Source: Phoronis australis | Taxonomy: Eukaryota; Animalia; Phoronida | Length of the DNA stretch: 64,000 nucleotides | Direction: 5' to 3' | Assembly (NCBI GenBank): GCA_002633005.1 | Contig: NMRA01000153.1 | Span: 454,158-518,157, forward strand | In this document: positions 39,091 through 54,546 of the stretch, piece by piece | Position numbering within the stretch: the first letter of the stretch is position 1 | How the letters are laid out: each line of letters begins with the position of its first letter | Made by a program: the position numbers and the translations under genes | The notes under the pieces: generated by a model | The model's input: only the letters and a program-made list of their open reading frames with translations | Database searches by the model: none | What the model was told of the DNA's origin: nothing

Positions 39091-42000
39091 AGTGGCCTTG
39101 CAAAATGAAGAGATCAACCATCTTTTTGCCTGCCCTGTTTGAAAATAGCTTGTAAGAAATTGAGAGATTCCTTGCAATGCAATTAATTTCCGAAGCAAAA
39201 CACATCAGCACAGTTTTTAAAGATTGGCAAAAGCAGTACGCAACTAAACTGTTCATGGCAATTCTGGTGCCATAATCATCACCAAATCTTAATTCCAAAG
39301 TACAAATAATGTTTTAACTACTAAAAATAGGTCGAGTTAACGAGCAAGCTTCCACGGCGAATGAGGTGGAAGAAATCAATATAAGCTGAAGATAATCAAT
39401 GAAAAAAGATGATGAATAACTCTTACATTGGTTGAGGATAGAGAAACAGATCGGAAAGTGGAGCCAACCGTCACTATGGAAACTCTGCGCAGTGGTGCGT
39501 TTTGAATACCTTTGAGGCTGATTTGACAACATAGAGAGAAGGGTCAGACCTTGGAAACAGCGTAAGTACGCCTGCACTAGGCCCCAATCAACATGACATA
39601 CCTTCGACTAATACCCAACAGGCTAAAAAAGCTATTGCTTTCACTAGCACTTTGGTAAGAAGTGAAAACAGTAGTCATGTCAACAGTAGCAACGCTCATT
39701 CTTACTCCTGGTTTGAATTATTGCACTGTTTGCCTAGTCCTTCATAGCTACAATATTTACTTCAAAGGACACACAAGCCAAATGCAGAGGAAACTACTGG
39801 CCTTTGCGTTAATTTAATGCAGAGAGGGAACACGGTTTAACATCAATTTTCGCTTCACAAACGATTCAGAAATTATCACTTAAAAAATGCTGCAAAAATT
39901 ACCCCTCCTGAACAACGCGTTCAACCTGCTAAAATGCCAGTGTTTCCGTTATTGAAAAACTGCTAGCATTTTCGCCATTTACAAGAACCTAGCGATAATT
40001 CAAAACCATCCATCATGTCACCAGGTAGGCAAAAATCAAGTCAGCGCACACCAACAGAATACATTGAGCTGAGGCACACGTGACTGATATACAGCGATGT
40101 AATTATGGGGACAAGGGAAGTGGTTGCAACAGAACCACTACAGAGATAAAGAGTAGTCAAAATCCATCAACTTTGGATGAATATTGGCCCCATGAAAAAT
40201 ATTAAAAAATCAAACGAAATTCTCCTTACCAGTTCCAAAAATCCTCTCCAATGATTAAAAATTTCTATCAAGGTTAGAATCACATCTACGGAGCATTACT
40301 TTGGCTACATGAGGCATTGTCGATGTTGGGAGGAACTGGTGGTGGTCTGGGGGGGTTCCCCTCAACCAAAAAAATCCTCTCAATCGTAAGTCCCAGGAAA
40401 TTTTCCCTCCAGGTGAGCAAGGGTCCTAATCCCCAAGGGACATCATACGTTGAACAACACCATGATCTCGTGTTATGCTGCCAAATCCACGAGGGTTAGC
40501 CTTACAACACACTGTCCCGCTGGACTATGTGCTTGTTTTATACAAGCCAGCGAGCTAGCTGTATGAAGACAACCATCAAAATACAGCTAGGTACCACTAT
40601 GTGTTGAGCTCCGACAGACTCCGAAATTGCACACAGCCCGAGTAGTTCTACTCATTACCTCGCCGTGAAACCTGTATCAACATGTAGAGCTAACGACCGG
40701 AGGGAGTGCATGCAAAATGCGAGAGTCAACTGACACTCACCTTGCTGTTACAGCTGTTCAAGTAAACAACAATCTAATAAACATTGTTTTCTTGCCTAAT
40801 TCTCCACCCTTTGTAACAAAGAAAAGTAAGTCGATGTTTTGAAAACAGTATGGTCGTGACACACGCATGCGTCATTTCCTTAATTTTTGCGACTTCTTTT
40901 GGGAGACGATGACAGCTTCGTTGCAGTAAAATTTGTTCTGAAATTGTGGTTTGCTGGTATCAAAATTATAAAAACTTATAATGAAGTGAAACCAGTTCCG
41001 ATAATTTGTTGTGACATCTATGAAACCTTGTGAAAGAACAACAGTTGATTGAAGAATCGGCGAAAAAAGAAACTGGCCAATAGATGACCCAATATTTCAT
41101 GGCGCCAAAAACAGTTGCAAAAGATCGCACTACAATAACGGTAAAATACCAATTTTTCCAACACCAGTAAATAATTTAGTGTACTAAACAAAAGTATAGT
41201 TTTTAAAAACATTAATTTTGCTTCAGATTTTACCTGGTCAGTGTTTAACTCATATTGGTGCAAAGCTATATATTTAATATACAGCTTTGCGCCAAGGCTA
41301 GTCTAATATTAACTTCTTAACTATTTAGCACACCATATGCAGACATGCCAAATTGTTTTATTTCGAAAGGGATGGAATGTCTTCTGATGGTCACGAATTT
41401 CTTTACCACGTACCTCTACCGAAACCTGTCAGTGGTAGGCCAATTCCATAATTTTTTAAAGCCATTTTTGTAGGTCCTAGAAGTGAATGGCCGAATACAA
41501 TGCATTGAATGGAACTCCCTCACTGTCAAGGGCTCTAGTGAAATCTCAGTGCCTAAATGTCCATCCGAATCATACAACTGAACTGTAGGTTCCACTAAAC
41601 AATGTCCACCCAACACTCTTCAATCAGAAATGGCTATTCAAAACTTTTTTAGTTTCATTAAAAGAATATATATCTATTAATTTGGCTCCCTACCAAAATA
41701 TTTTGAAATGACAAGAGAGAAAAAGAGAGATACCCTGGCAGGAAGCAAACAGCTGCCAGGCATGTTATGTGTATCCTCACACATAGTAAACAACTACCTC
41801 AGGGCAAACCAGGGTCTTCTTAAGGCAATGTTCTGGTCAGTGTCTTACAGAGCAGTTAAAATCCAACAAATGAAAGGCGAGGATTTTGTGAGTGTGCTAG
41901 GAGCCTTACTAGCGTGCCAGTAAAGTGGCAGCCAATGAATTGATTGCACCACAGGCAGCTGTTGGGGCTACAGCCCCCCAATTATTTCAGTGCTGTGCCG

Positions 42001-43649
42001 CCCGTGTTTATTGGTTGGTATGTTGATACCAAACTTTACTAACCCAGATGATTCATGGTTAATAAAAACTAACCCTAACAAGGTAAAAGTACCCCTTCTT
42101 TGCAAACACTTCCCAGTTTTCCCAGCCGATGAGAGTTCTCTACCACTGAATAGTTCGATGAGAACAAGCTGATCCTGACTACATGGGGTCATAAAAGTTC
42201 AAGTGTATCAGACAGTTGGTCACTGACCACCATCATCTGAGCTATTTTTAGACACGGGCAATTTACCTAGTAAACTGCACACCTCACATACAGGTTCCGG
42301 AGCCCCTGGCATTTACAAAAGGACTCTGAGAAGTCTATGTTACATGCTTACAGTGAACGCAGATGGTAAAAATATTGCTTTCATCAGACAAAACCAGCAA
42401 ACTCGACTATCTGCCCTGTTTTTCCCCTTCCCTCTCTCATGACATGCTCCTTAAGAATTTATTTATAGCTGGCCTCAAAGCTAAGACAACAGATATGAAA
42501 GGATTGGTGTCCACCCTCTTGATTTCTCAGAGATCAGGAAGTCAAGTGACAATCGTGCAGCCTTATTTCTCTGTCTAATCCCATTAATTCACTCCTTCCT
42601 GGTCTCTACAGGCAATCACCCTATCACCCTTCTTGTTCGCTTGACCACACCCATCCATCAACTGATTTAAACCTGCAGATAAAAGGCCGATGCTATAAAT
42701 AGGCGGGGACTTCCATAAATAGTGCAGGTTATCTATCATTTGTAAATATTTATTGAAGATTCAGAGCTCACCAGATTCACATCAGATGCGGGTTAGAATT
42801 CTGATAAGATCAGCTGGCTACCTGAATGCAAAAGCAACGCACTAACCCTAATCAGTTCCTTCACAGCTCATGGACCTGATAAAACTCAGTTCACCAACTC
42901 ACAAAAATGGCTCACCAACTGCCGAACACAGCACACCGTGTTAGCGGTCCGTGAGCTGTATGTGGGAGTCGTTGAACTGAGAGTTTATCAGTTTATAAGA
43001 GCAGAAACAACGTATACTCATAAGTGCGGTGACCATGGTGTTTGCGTCATTCCAGTAGCCAATGTTAGCCATTGTAGAATAACATGTGACCTTGTTCAAT
43101 ACAACAGGAGTGGTGGGCATTACGATAACCTTTGAACTGGTCCTTTGCACCACAAGCCAAAATTACATATTGAAAATGGTGACTAGTCCAGAGTAGAGCA
43201 CCAGGTCCAGGTGGCATTCAATAGTTGTTTTGAGCCAAGGTAGAATTTACCTTTCTTAAGCCATGATTACTGCTATCAAATGGGAAGTTGAAATTTGGCA
43301 GGAAATTCAAGTAGCCTTTAGACACTAAGATTAGTAAAAAATTGGCGATCTACACCCACTTTTCACCAGATTTTTGTGATCTGGAGAGTTTTGGCAGTCT
43401 AGGAATAATAGTATGCAAATGGTAGCTTTGAGGCGAAAAATGTCACTTTGGAGGATTTTTGTTTTATTTTTTAAAGTAGCCAGCTTCACTTCCGGTAGTT
43501 GTATTAGGCAGAAAAATTGACTAGGGACTCAGTATCAATAAACTTTGCATTATTTTGAAGTCTTTGGCCCATAGTTTCAGGGTTTTTATTGCCTGCGGAA
43601 CACACTGCTGTAGCTGCCAAGACCTAATTTTTCAAGCCAAAATCAGCAA

Positions 43650-43823
43650 AAATGGTTGAGTAGCACCTATAACTACATAAATGGTTGAGTAGCACCTATA
43701 ACTACATAAATGGTTGAGTAGCACCTATAACTACATAAATGGTTGAGTAGCACCTATAACTACATAAATGGTTGAGTAGCACCTATAACTACATAAATGG
43801 TTGAGTAGCACCTATAACTACAT
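43650..43823. repeat. 29-bp minisatellite x6, perfect (AAATGGTTGAGTAGCACCTATAACTACAT)
   Basis: 174 bp = 6 identical units. Confidence 0.95.
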
Positions 43824-46800
43824 TTTCAGTTCACACCATTAATTCCTTAATGAAACTTAACATTTATTTCTGGGCTTGGAAACTGGATAGTACAAAATTG
43901 TTCGAAACCGTGCTCCACAGGTTGGATAGTCATGGGGGGGGGGTTGTTATATGGCACTGAGCATAAATCAAACAAAAATTAACTGTTAGTTCTTTCCATG
44001 CTCATATTTGAATAAGGAACAAGTTGCAACCAGTTTTATACAGGAAAGTGGTTTAACTAAAAAGTTAATTTCTTTGGCAGTTTGTAGATTCGTACCAGCT
44101 TTAGCATTGAGGAACTAATGAATTCAAAATTGGTTGAAATTCTAGAGTTGGCGTTTACCTAGTAGGGCGAAAACCCGATCTAAGTGGTGGGCATAAAACG
44201 GCACCCGCACGTGGCCGAAGCATTAAGAGGTGAAAAGTAAAACTGGTAAAAAAATTCTGGAGTGGGCATATAACCAACCATGACAGACATTTACAGCATG
44301 AGGGACACAGCCTTTGCTGTAATCAATAAACTCTACCCCAATAATGACACGTGTACAAGACTAAACAATCATGATTTCGGAAAATCATTCAACTTCATTT
44401 TAAGACCAATTTCCTGCAATTGCAGTTAACATTTCCTACCAAATAAAAAACCTAATTTAGTTTAAGGGCCCTTTCCCACAAAGTTAAATCTCATACTAAC
44501 TAAGCATCCACGTAATCTGCGATGTTAATTTGGGCATTTCCATCAGAGTGATCACTTGGTGATGCTTCAGTTATCGAAGTTACCACAAGGTGGTGCAATA
44601 TGACCTTCACTACTGTCCCAGGAGTGACCCCAGTCAATAACTCCAATGAACACAAACACGTTGAACGTTCCCACTGCAGCAATGAATTGGTGCTTCACTG
44701 TTAAATCCATCTGTTTACTGCGATTTTAATTTAATGAGCTACTTCAATCCAATCCACAACAGAATTTAAGCATTCCCACTCACCAATGCCCCCCTCCCCC
44801 ACGAGTGAAGCGTTGGAGTTTGTGGGAAAGGCCTATTAGATACCTTGTTGCACCTAGACATAAAGCTGAGAACGAGATTACCACATGCAAAAGGTACAAC
44901 GGCCAGTTCAACGATCCATTCATACACTATACCTTAATGTCAGGTAATATTTACATGCTGCGACTATAGGGAGACATTTTTACATTAACTGCATCAAAAA
45001 CTCAAAACACTTTCAATGGCGGATTAATGACCTTAACACCTGCCAGCCTGGCCATGTCCAAGACAGTTCTAACATCTTGGAGATCTATGTATTTGAATGG
45101 CTTACATGTTCAAAGATGTTGACAATGAACATTAATCCAAGTTGATAGTCTAGCTTCCAACAATATAAACACAGAAGTTCAGTCATCCAGAATATTTGTT
45201 TATTAGTTGATCAATTCACCATGGTTGCAGTAGACAAACAAAGCCAGAGGGCCATGCACACTATAACATGAAATGTAATCACAACTAAACCAGAGCCATA
45301 CAACTTGAGCCAAAAGCACTAGTATCTACAGTATCATTATAATTCTAACAAAATCTGTAGGTGATTAATCCATGGATTTAGGCACTCCTAACAAACTGAA
45401 CTGAGTGACACTGCACACATTACAAGGCTACATATTTAAACAACTATATAAGTAAGTGTACATGTTAAACAGGTAGAAAACTAGGGCGCAGATATACATT
45501 ACAACAGACATTCAACTTGCAGTTGCTGTGCAGTAGAGGAATTCTGACCATTGGAGAAAATTATGAAAGCAACTTTTGAAAAGGAAAACTTTTAAAGACA
45601 TCAGCCTCAACTGGCAACCAAGATCCGATAGCTGAGAATAGGAAAAATATCATCTGCTTCTGCTGGTGCTGCTCACGAGCAAAATTTTATCGGGAGACCA
45701 GAATGTCTCGACCTTCTTCAAACAACTGGGTTTCCAGGGAAACATTGCCATCTTCACCAACTGCATTGGTGAGCTGACTAAAGCTAGTCAGAGCTTCCCA
45801 AACCGGTCGATCGGACAAAAAAACTGCGCCCTCTACTGTGTGAAGAAAGAAGCAAATTTCAGTTCGCATGGGTAAAAAAATATTAATTGGAAAAAAGATT
45901 GGTAAATCATGAAGCAATTTTTTATTTGACCGAAGCACACGACTAAACGCGACGACAGGTGCTGGAAAGCAACTCCGCGTGACCTAAACGTTTGGTGTAA
46001 ATTGCAAAGGCCCCATATTTCATAAAACAAATACACATGTACACGCTATTAATTTAGCGTTTCAACTACTGGAGACAATGAAAAGCGACTATTAATCCAC
46101 CCACCCGTGTACTCAGCATGAGGTAACCAGGTAGCAAAGACATTGAATGTTGACATTCCGGCTACCAGTAGCTGGGCAGCAAATATTGGTCGATGACAAA
46201 CAGGCCACCATATTAACTGTCCAGCAACTGGCTATTCTTAGCACAACAGGGTTTACAAGCCTCACTCCAAGCAGCAGCAACAAAACAATTTATGAGCAGG
46301 AGGGAGGAAAGGTTACCGGAATTGCAATTTGTAGATTGCTGATGTTCAAGAAGATATTTGTACCAAGCCAGACACCTTAGAGATGGAAACAAATTGTTGT
46401 CTACAACAAGCAAGGGACCATGACACCTTGTACAAGTGATAGGGACAACTTTTTAACTTCCAAGTAGACCGTTTAAATGTAAACATTCATTTTTCATTCA
46501 TGAAAACTAGATTTCAATACTTTTTCCAACACGCTCAGACTAGCATTACACAAATTAAACTTTCAAGCACATTCAGTGATTTACATAATAAGCTTTCCCA
46601 ATGGACTAGTCTATGTCTAAAAATAACTAATCAATAACTTGTAATCAGACCTGAAATTATATTTACTGGATAACCTTTGCCTTGTCAAGACAACAGATTT
46701 CCACCTTTGTCTTGCACAACACAACAGCAATGTTGTTAACAACTTGGCCACAGCACTTTGCACTGTTGAAAGCCATAATTAACACCAACTTGGACAGTTT

Positions 46801-47010
46801 GCACTGTTGAAAGGGCAAACGTAAAACCAACTTGGACATGGACACTTAGTGTAAAACCTACACTGAAGTCCCAATGTATCAACTAATGGTCTGCCTAGCC
46901 TTCAGTGTTCAGTCCCTACTCCCTTCAGTCTTTTTCCAGCTATCTAATTTTCTTTATGTACAAAAGTGGCCAGCTTATCAGTTCTAACACGTTAAATATT
47001 CAATAAGAAC

Positions 47011-48023
47011 CATAGGCGGATTTAGGGGGGGGGGCCAGGGGGCCCGGGCCCCTCCCCCCTTGGCTGCCGCAAAAAATAAAACAGCAAGAGCGTAGGGAAA
47101 TGTTGAGTTTATTAATTTGCCCCGGTAATTAAAATTATACGGATGAAGATTTAAATGTGTGCAGTTTTAGTGTTTGGGGGGGGAGGGCTCAGATCCAATT
47201 TCAAGGGTCAAATTCGCAACACGGTGCATTCATAACGGAACTATGGCTAAGTATAGGCTCTCCCGCGATATCCCAGGGGACCGGCAGTGGCGCTGCGCAC
47301 TACGACTCCGTTTCTGTCGTCTGCTCCACTGTGCAATGAAGAAAATTTATATCATTTTTTAAAGAAAATGGAACCTGAGTGATGATGAAAAAACAGAAGC
47401 TGCTGAAAAGATGCGAATTTTAATTGAAGCCTAAGTGAATCACTCAGAAACTCATAATTCTCTCTTTGTCAAATCTTAACTTAAGACGATTTCCCAAGCA
47501 ATCCCGTCATTATTGCCAACATGAAAAACGGATTTGGTCTTTTTGGCATTTGAAGACTATTTTAAATACAACAAATTTGTTAAGAACCGGTTGCACAAAA
47601 TATATAACGTGTAATAAGCATTACAAAAAGAAGTAGGTTTCGCGCGCAAACGCTGTGGACCATAAACAAGTAGGTCTCTTAGTATAAGATTAATAGTTAA
47701 AGCGTGGTGGTGTAGTGTTAAAGCACGTGCGCTCTATTCTCCAGGTCGTGAGTTCGAGTCTGTGGTACTTGCAGTTTTTCTTCTGTGACACGTTCTCCGG
47801 TTTTTTTTTTGCCTTTTTGTCTTGGATAATACTTCAGAAATCAAGGAAAATGCTTGATTTTTAAAGGAAAAAAATAGAAAAATTTCCTGATGGGAGGGTT
47901 TGTCCCCCACCGCCCGACCTCCCCCCATTCGGTGCTATGCGCATCTACAATCGTGGTTTGTGCAAATGCTTACAGCCGGATAAAATGTTGGCTCCCCCTT
48001 GTGATATCCTTGATCCGCCACTA
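47011..48023. mobile_element. ~1-kb hAT-like MITE with imperfect TIRs and 5-bp TSD AGAAC
   Basis: CATAGGCGGATT with GGGGGCC..CCCC head; end GATCCGCCACTA; AGAAC at 47006-47010 and 48024-48028. Confidence 0.65.
47702..47765 (+). repeat. tRNA-derived SINE head or tRNA-like fragment inside the MITE
   Basis: A-box-like TGGTGTAGTGTT and B-box-like GAGTTCGAGTC; no complete cloverleaf. Confidence 0.4.
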
Positions 48024-48334
48024 AGAACAATGTGAGAGACCTTGTACTCCTTAGAAATCCAGTCTAATCAGACCAAGGCTCAAGCCAAGACCAATTTTAT
48101 AGTGGTATGGTAGAACCTCACCCATTTCGCACATGACAAAAATGATGGTTAAAATTGACTTTTTCAATTTTCAAGGGTTTCTAACCTTGTTATGATTGCT
48201 TACATGTTTTTCTCAAAATATTGAGTGGTGGTAGCAACAATATAGAACTTGCACTGAAATGCTTGCATCTAATGTTAAATGTCTTAAGGAAAAAGCAAAA
48301 TCAACCACACTGTGCCCTAATATGGCAAGATTTT

Positions 48335-49035
48335 AATGTAAGTGTCGTGGCTATTTCACTGCAAGTGCCGTGGCTATTTTACGGTAAGCGTCATGGCTAT
48401 TTTACGGTGTCGTGGCTATTTTACCACAAGTATTTTGGCTATTTCACTGTAAGTGCCATGGCTATGTTACCGTAAGTGTCGTGGCTATTTTACCGTAAGT
48501 GTCATAGCTATTTTACTGTGTCGTGGCGATTTTACTGTACGTGTCGTGGCTATTCAACTGTAGGTGTCATGACTATTTTACTGTACATGTCGTGGCTATT
48601 TTACTGCACGTGTCGTGGCTATTTTAGTGCAGGTGTCATGGCTATTTTACTATACGTGTCATGGCTATTTTACTGTACTTGTCGTGACTATTTTACTGTA
48701 AGTGTCATAGCTATTTTACTGTGTCGTGGCCATTTTACTGTGTCATGGCTATTTAACTGTGTCGTGGCTATTTTACTGGACGTGTCGTGGCTATTTTACT
48801 GTACGTGTCTATTTTACTGTACGTGTCATAGCTATTTTACGGGCTGTCGGGGCTATTTTACTGTACGTGTCGTGGCTATTTTACTGTATGTGTCATAGCT
48901 ATTTTAATGTGTCATAGCTATTTTACTGTAAGTGTCATAGCTATTTTACTGTATGTGTCATAGCTATTTTAATGTGTCATAGCTATTTTACTGTAAGTGT
49001 CATAGCTATTTTACAGTAAGTGTCATGGCTATTTG
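48335..49035. repeat. Degenerate 19-23-bp tandem repeat (GTGTCRTRGCTATTTTACTGTAC), about 30 units
   Basis: Visible periodicity; explains the SWLFYCTC ORFs. Confidence 0.92.
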
Positions 49036-49206
49036 ACATGGAACATATCTGAAGCTAGGTAAGGTTAGGACTTGAATGACCAAAACAATTTCATTCTGAA
49101 ACTAGACACGTCTTTCACAAACAACAACCATATGTAACTACCATAAGCAAAATGAAAGCAGATTTTACCAAATTTTCCTTGAACCTATTTCTCATAGATC
49201 TTGGTT

Positions 49207-49725
49207 TAAGGTAGTAAGTAGGACCTTATCGACAACTCTATATGCATTTCACAAAATATCTACACAACTAAAAAGTTTAAATTGGTAAAAGTGGATATTA
49301 CCTGAAAGTAGAAGACTGTAGAATTTGATTTTTGACTTTATATCATCCAGCCATTGTTTTGGTCATGTGACAGTGACCATGAATTTTTAATAAAAAATTA
49401 ACAAAAAAGTTAAAGTAAATTCATAGCAAGACAACATCAATAACAAGAGCAAACTTTTTTCATACAAGTGTTCAAGATGAAATCTAAAAAACGCTGTTAG
49501 TTTTCCAAATAATTTTCATTTCATACAACTCTTGCAAAGGGGATTAATATCAAAACAATTCCTAAAAGCCTTTTTGGAGAACAGAGCAGCAAGCACAGTG
49601 TCTGAAAGCTCCATTTGATTTTGAATAGTAATTTCTGAGATATGATATTTCGAAATTTTGCAAGTAGGTATATAGTGACTAAAAGTCAAGAGTTGCAGCG
49701 TAAACGAGGTACCGTATAAGTCTTA
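49207..49725. mobile_element. TTAA-bounded dispersed repeat, inverted relative of 13299-14094
   Basis: Reverse-complement similarity; TTAAG and CTTAA ends. Confidence 0.5.
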
Positions 49726-52700
49726 AGCCATTTTTCACGAAACAGAAGCATGAGTTCTGTAGATATGAGAGTGCACGATCGCGCAAGAGTTGGAGAGATA
49801 CCACCACAAGCGAAGCACGTAATCACACCAGGTTTCTCAGCAAGATTCTTCTCTCAAGCTAACAGAAATAATACAGTGCTAGTTCTAGATATTCCTACGG
49901 AAATTCTTGAATCCTCTTGAGCCCTAGTCACCTGCCCAGGAAGTGGTGGACCCATTCATTCTTTGCAAATTGCATTGGAACATTGTGCAGCACTCAAGCA
50001 TTATGATCGCTAAGCACTGCTGCATACAATAAGGCCAACTGCAAGCACTAGACAATCTATCACTCAGCATTGTAGCTAAAAATAGCATCAAATCAAGCTA
50101 TATTTGGCCCCTGGGGTTTATAAATAGCTGAGTGGTGAATCAATGGGAAATTATGTGCTAGGCAATCCAACACCAGCACATGCAGGCTTGCATTCAGGCA
50201 CCATTTGCCAATCACAAGCACTAGGCATAATGACTCACACAACTGGTGAACCCTTTGTACTGCTTACTAGCAAAGTTTGAAAGCTAAATCACAGCCTAAA
50301 GTGGTTCAGCTTGCTAACAGAATGTAGAGACATTAGACACTGTACTGAGCAACTTGCTGCAATTGGAAATTGTGAAACATAGCCGTGATTTTTGTGATTA
50401 AAAGTGAAAGATCGTCGATATTAAAACTCTTACATGACTCAAAGCGAAACTACAAAAGAAAGTGGAATAGACAAGGTGACACAGATAATGACCCCTCATG
50501 ACCATATTATGATCTGCAGACGCTGCTTTCCACATCATTGATATCCAGTAAAAAAATGATTGCACAAAGACAAACCCATAGGCTCACACACTAAGACACA
50601 AAAGTCCACATGCTAAGATGAACTTTTCACAGTGTAAACTACACCAAGAGCAGCCAAATAATGAGTTACTCCAACTCAGTAGTATTTCATAAAGCAGGCA
50701 AGTTAACCTTCAGAAAATTACACAGGTAAAAAAGTGGAGTGCTCTACATTTGATATTTTGTGGAATGGGCGGCACCCTAACATCAGAGGACAGCAGGGGA
50801 TGGCTACAGATATTTGTGGCCAGTTTTGTCAAAGGTTGTACGCCAGGTCTTAGCTAAGAGTATTAAGCAGATTATAGAGAATGCAACTCTACGTTTTTTA
50901 ACATGTCGATAATCCTTTATATTCATACTTAATGAACACCTGCACAAGATATGACCGGAAGTTCACATGCCCACATTGTGGCGAGTTTGTATGCAGATGG
51001 CTTTCGAAATGAGAACCTTTAACTGGTGTGAAGCATCCAAAATATCGTGCTTCGCTGAAAAACTAAAATGACCATCTCCCATGAGTTCAAATTCATTGGA
51101 CTAATTTTCAATATCTATGCAGGCAAGCCAAGCTTGTCGTGGGAAAAGTCCAACTTTGCAACTAGTCAAAACAGAACACTGTGTGCAGCCCTCTGGATGG
51201 GTGGCTGGGCGACCTCCTCTAATGTCCCTATGCAGCCCTGTTGTCACCTGAATAGCGCTTTTAACTAAAAGCTGCTGGTCATGTAGAACTGTCATGCCAC
51301 AACTAACAAAAGGTACACCAATACAGGGTTCGAATTGGTGACCTGCAGCGACCTCAGATTTTGTTTGATGACCTGGTTTTAATACAGCTAGGAGGCGAGC
51401 CCGTTTGGAATATTAGGCCCCACAAGGGGGAAATTGGTAGTTGGCGAGCACATGGCATACTTCTAGTTGAGGGCCCTCTTGGAAAGCAGTGCTATCACTG
51501 AAGAGGCCACCCTCATTTTAAACATCACAATAATAAAAAATAATAAAAAAATAAATATTAGTACAACTTTACACATGCCTCATGTTGCAACGGTCATTTT
51601 GCTAACTTTGCCCGCTCTTCAAGTCACATATTCACCATTTCGTCGATCGTTATCAAGGATGGTCACACCCTTGAACGCAATGATTCCTCATTTTGGCAGC
51701 CTTATTTCCCATTTAGCAACCAGGTAAATTGTACCTGGTGGCATTTGGTGAGTTGGCGTTATGCAATAGCATTGTGAATAGATGAGAACACAGTTGTAAC
51801 GCCTTACAGGTTCAAACACTTGGCTGTCTGAAAGGCAGTTGTTGTGGGAACAATTTGATTCTCACTTGGCATGACGACCAAGCAAGAAGTCACATATTAC
51901 AAACTGTTCCACAAGCAAACTTGACCAGCAGTAGGCAAATTTTCGCATGTGCATACAAACAGCTATGAGACGACAGAAAGAGCAACGGACCACAAAAACA
52001 AATTGTCCTGAGTTCATTTCGCAGCAACAGAGATTATGGTTAAGAGTTTCAATTCAGGGCATATTATCACTAGATAACAAATTTCTTTAATGTGAAATTT
52101 ATTCATAAAATAATAACTAAGAAAGTGTAATTTCAGCTTGGTTTCCGTTGTTTAGTCACCAAACAAAAGCATTAGAAATTCTTGTAGTAAGGCTTTGGGA
52201 ATTGCAATTTTAGCATTTACTTTGGTCTGAAATCAAATCATCTTTATCACAGCTGTCAGCCTGTCACAGGAGTTCCACAATAAACGGAAGAATTCACAGC
52301 AGCACATCTAGATAGTGGTTTCATATGGTATGAAACGAGTCAACTTTTCACCTCTAGCCATCGGAGATGAGGGTCAAACTCAACACAATCACCGAGGGCA
52401 TGCTAAGTACATTTGTGGGCACTTGGCCACTAAAAATAGCTGCTGTTTGGTAATTCAACCCAGTCAACAGGGAGCAGATAGAGAAATACAAGGTATCTGA
52501 CGAATGAAGGCACACTGAACCAGACCGGGAAGTGCTCTGGGGTCCATGCACTTGTTCATTATATACAATATCTAAACATATCTAATTATACAGTGTCAAA
52601 TTAAGTACAACTGCCCAAGTTTACATGCCTGAGTTCACGTTCACATACAAGTCTCAACAATGAAGTGAGCAGCGAGTTTGCTCATTAGTGATTGAACATT

Positions 52701-54546
52701 ACACAGAGTGTAGTATATATGGAGCAAGGCAGGCAGGGTTATTGTCCATCTAAGTATGACGACGACAGTCTTCATCTCAAAAATATTTCACAGGCAAATC
52801 AATTTGAACTGCAAGAGTGCGTCGCTTTAATTGCCTTGACGGTGAGACTGAACTACAACATGCAACAACTTGCAAGTGTGAGAAACCACTGACAACAGTA
52901 CAATCTTATGGCCAACTAGTAACTCTCAACACCACCCAATGGTGGAGAGGGAATTATGAAGACAGCAAGCCTGTTCTAATGGCAGCAAAGTTTGAACTAA
53001 GCCACAGTGAGCCTAATAATGACAAACAGAGAGTCACCAGACCAGGACAGTGGTGTTGTTAGTGACCTGCCTCAGGGAAGCATAAAAGTGTACAAGGGTG
53101 TGACCTAAGCTAAAAATAGATAACCTTTAGTACAGCCTTCAAACACATTATGATGATGAGTCTTGACTCATACTCTGTGTAGGGCGGTGGTGGGTGATGG
53201 ACACAGGATTGCTCTAAACCAACAACAAGATGGCCAGGCCAGATAGTGGCTTTATCTGACGACAACGCAGTGCTGGCGCCTGTCTCAGCACAGCATGTGC
53301 ATCCGTGAAGATTATTCACGCATCTACTTAATATGAGCATTATACAGACCAGATGGTATTAACACAGTTATTAATTAAATGGAATTGGTATGCAGACACG
53401 GCAAACTTATGTTCTATTCATAAAAGCAGAGGTGAACAATGTGAAACAGTTTGAAAAGAACCAAATACTAGCTACCATTTCAAAAAAGTCTGCTCAACAC
53501 TTTCAAACAACAAAACACCCAGACATTCAATGGTCTCTCAACACAGACAACAGACTCCTTTCCTCAATTACATATCACTGAGACAGACTGATCGGCTGAG
53601 ACAGACTGAACCCCGGGTGATGACAAAATGCAGTGACCACTGAATATATTTAAAATCAACAGACATCACCATCTCTTTCTAGAGAGTTATCCAACAAGAT
53701 TGCATAAACTCACGACTAGAGAGCACCAGCATAGTGCCATACTGATGATGTCACAAACCAGGGCTCGCTTAATATGCAAAATCAATGAATGTCCCCAACA
53801 CATCACCACACAACAGCATCTGCTAAATATATACACAAAATCACCTAGCAGTCTTACTACTGTTGGTAAAGACAATGTCCAGTCCAAGGCATCCAGACAA
53901 CAAACGAATGGACTGTACACTTTCAAAGACACGATTTTAAATAACTGAAACCGAATCTGATAAACTTTGGTGTGAAAGAAAACTTTCTGCTACTTAATTT
54001 CGAACATCTTTCACAGCATTTTACAGAATGTGAACAATGTGTTCATGCAATTAGATCAAACTGGCCTGCAATCCATAGATGCAAGATGTGCACGAGAGAA
54101 GCTGGTGATATTACTCATGACTTGGTAGTATTACATGATATCTGGCCATCATCTGGCGTGATATTGCATTTTTGCAGGTATCTTTTATCTAATAAATGCA
54201 GCCCTGCTCAGCTGATCTATTTGCAAGTACACCATTAAAATTGAATGCATGGATACAAGAGTTTCACTTCTACTCACAAAAGCAGAAGTTAAAAGACCAG
54301 GTACTGCTTTTGTGAAGAATGTAAATCATTGAATTCTTTCTGTGCATTGATTTTTCTAATTTCTGTCGCATTAAGGCCACTATAGACAGGCCAAAACAAC
54401 TGAACACTATGGAGTGCTTCCACAGAATTTGCTCCCCTCTCTTGCCAGCAAACATACAGCAGAATGAGAGACTTTCAAATAGCAACGTAGTTACTGGTCA
54501 CATGGGGACAGACACCAATAAGCTCTAGAGGAGGAGAGGGCACCTT

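Noticed and set aside
45666-45938. GC-richer stretch with short ORFs on both strands in the GNAS intron
   Set aside because: No recognisable protein motif or consistent splice-site pair.
48221-48917. Hydrophobic SWLFYCTC ORFs
   Set aside because: Translation of a degenerate tandem repeat.
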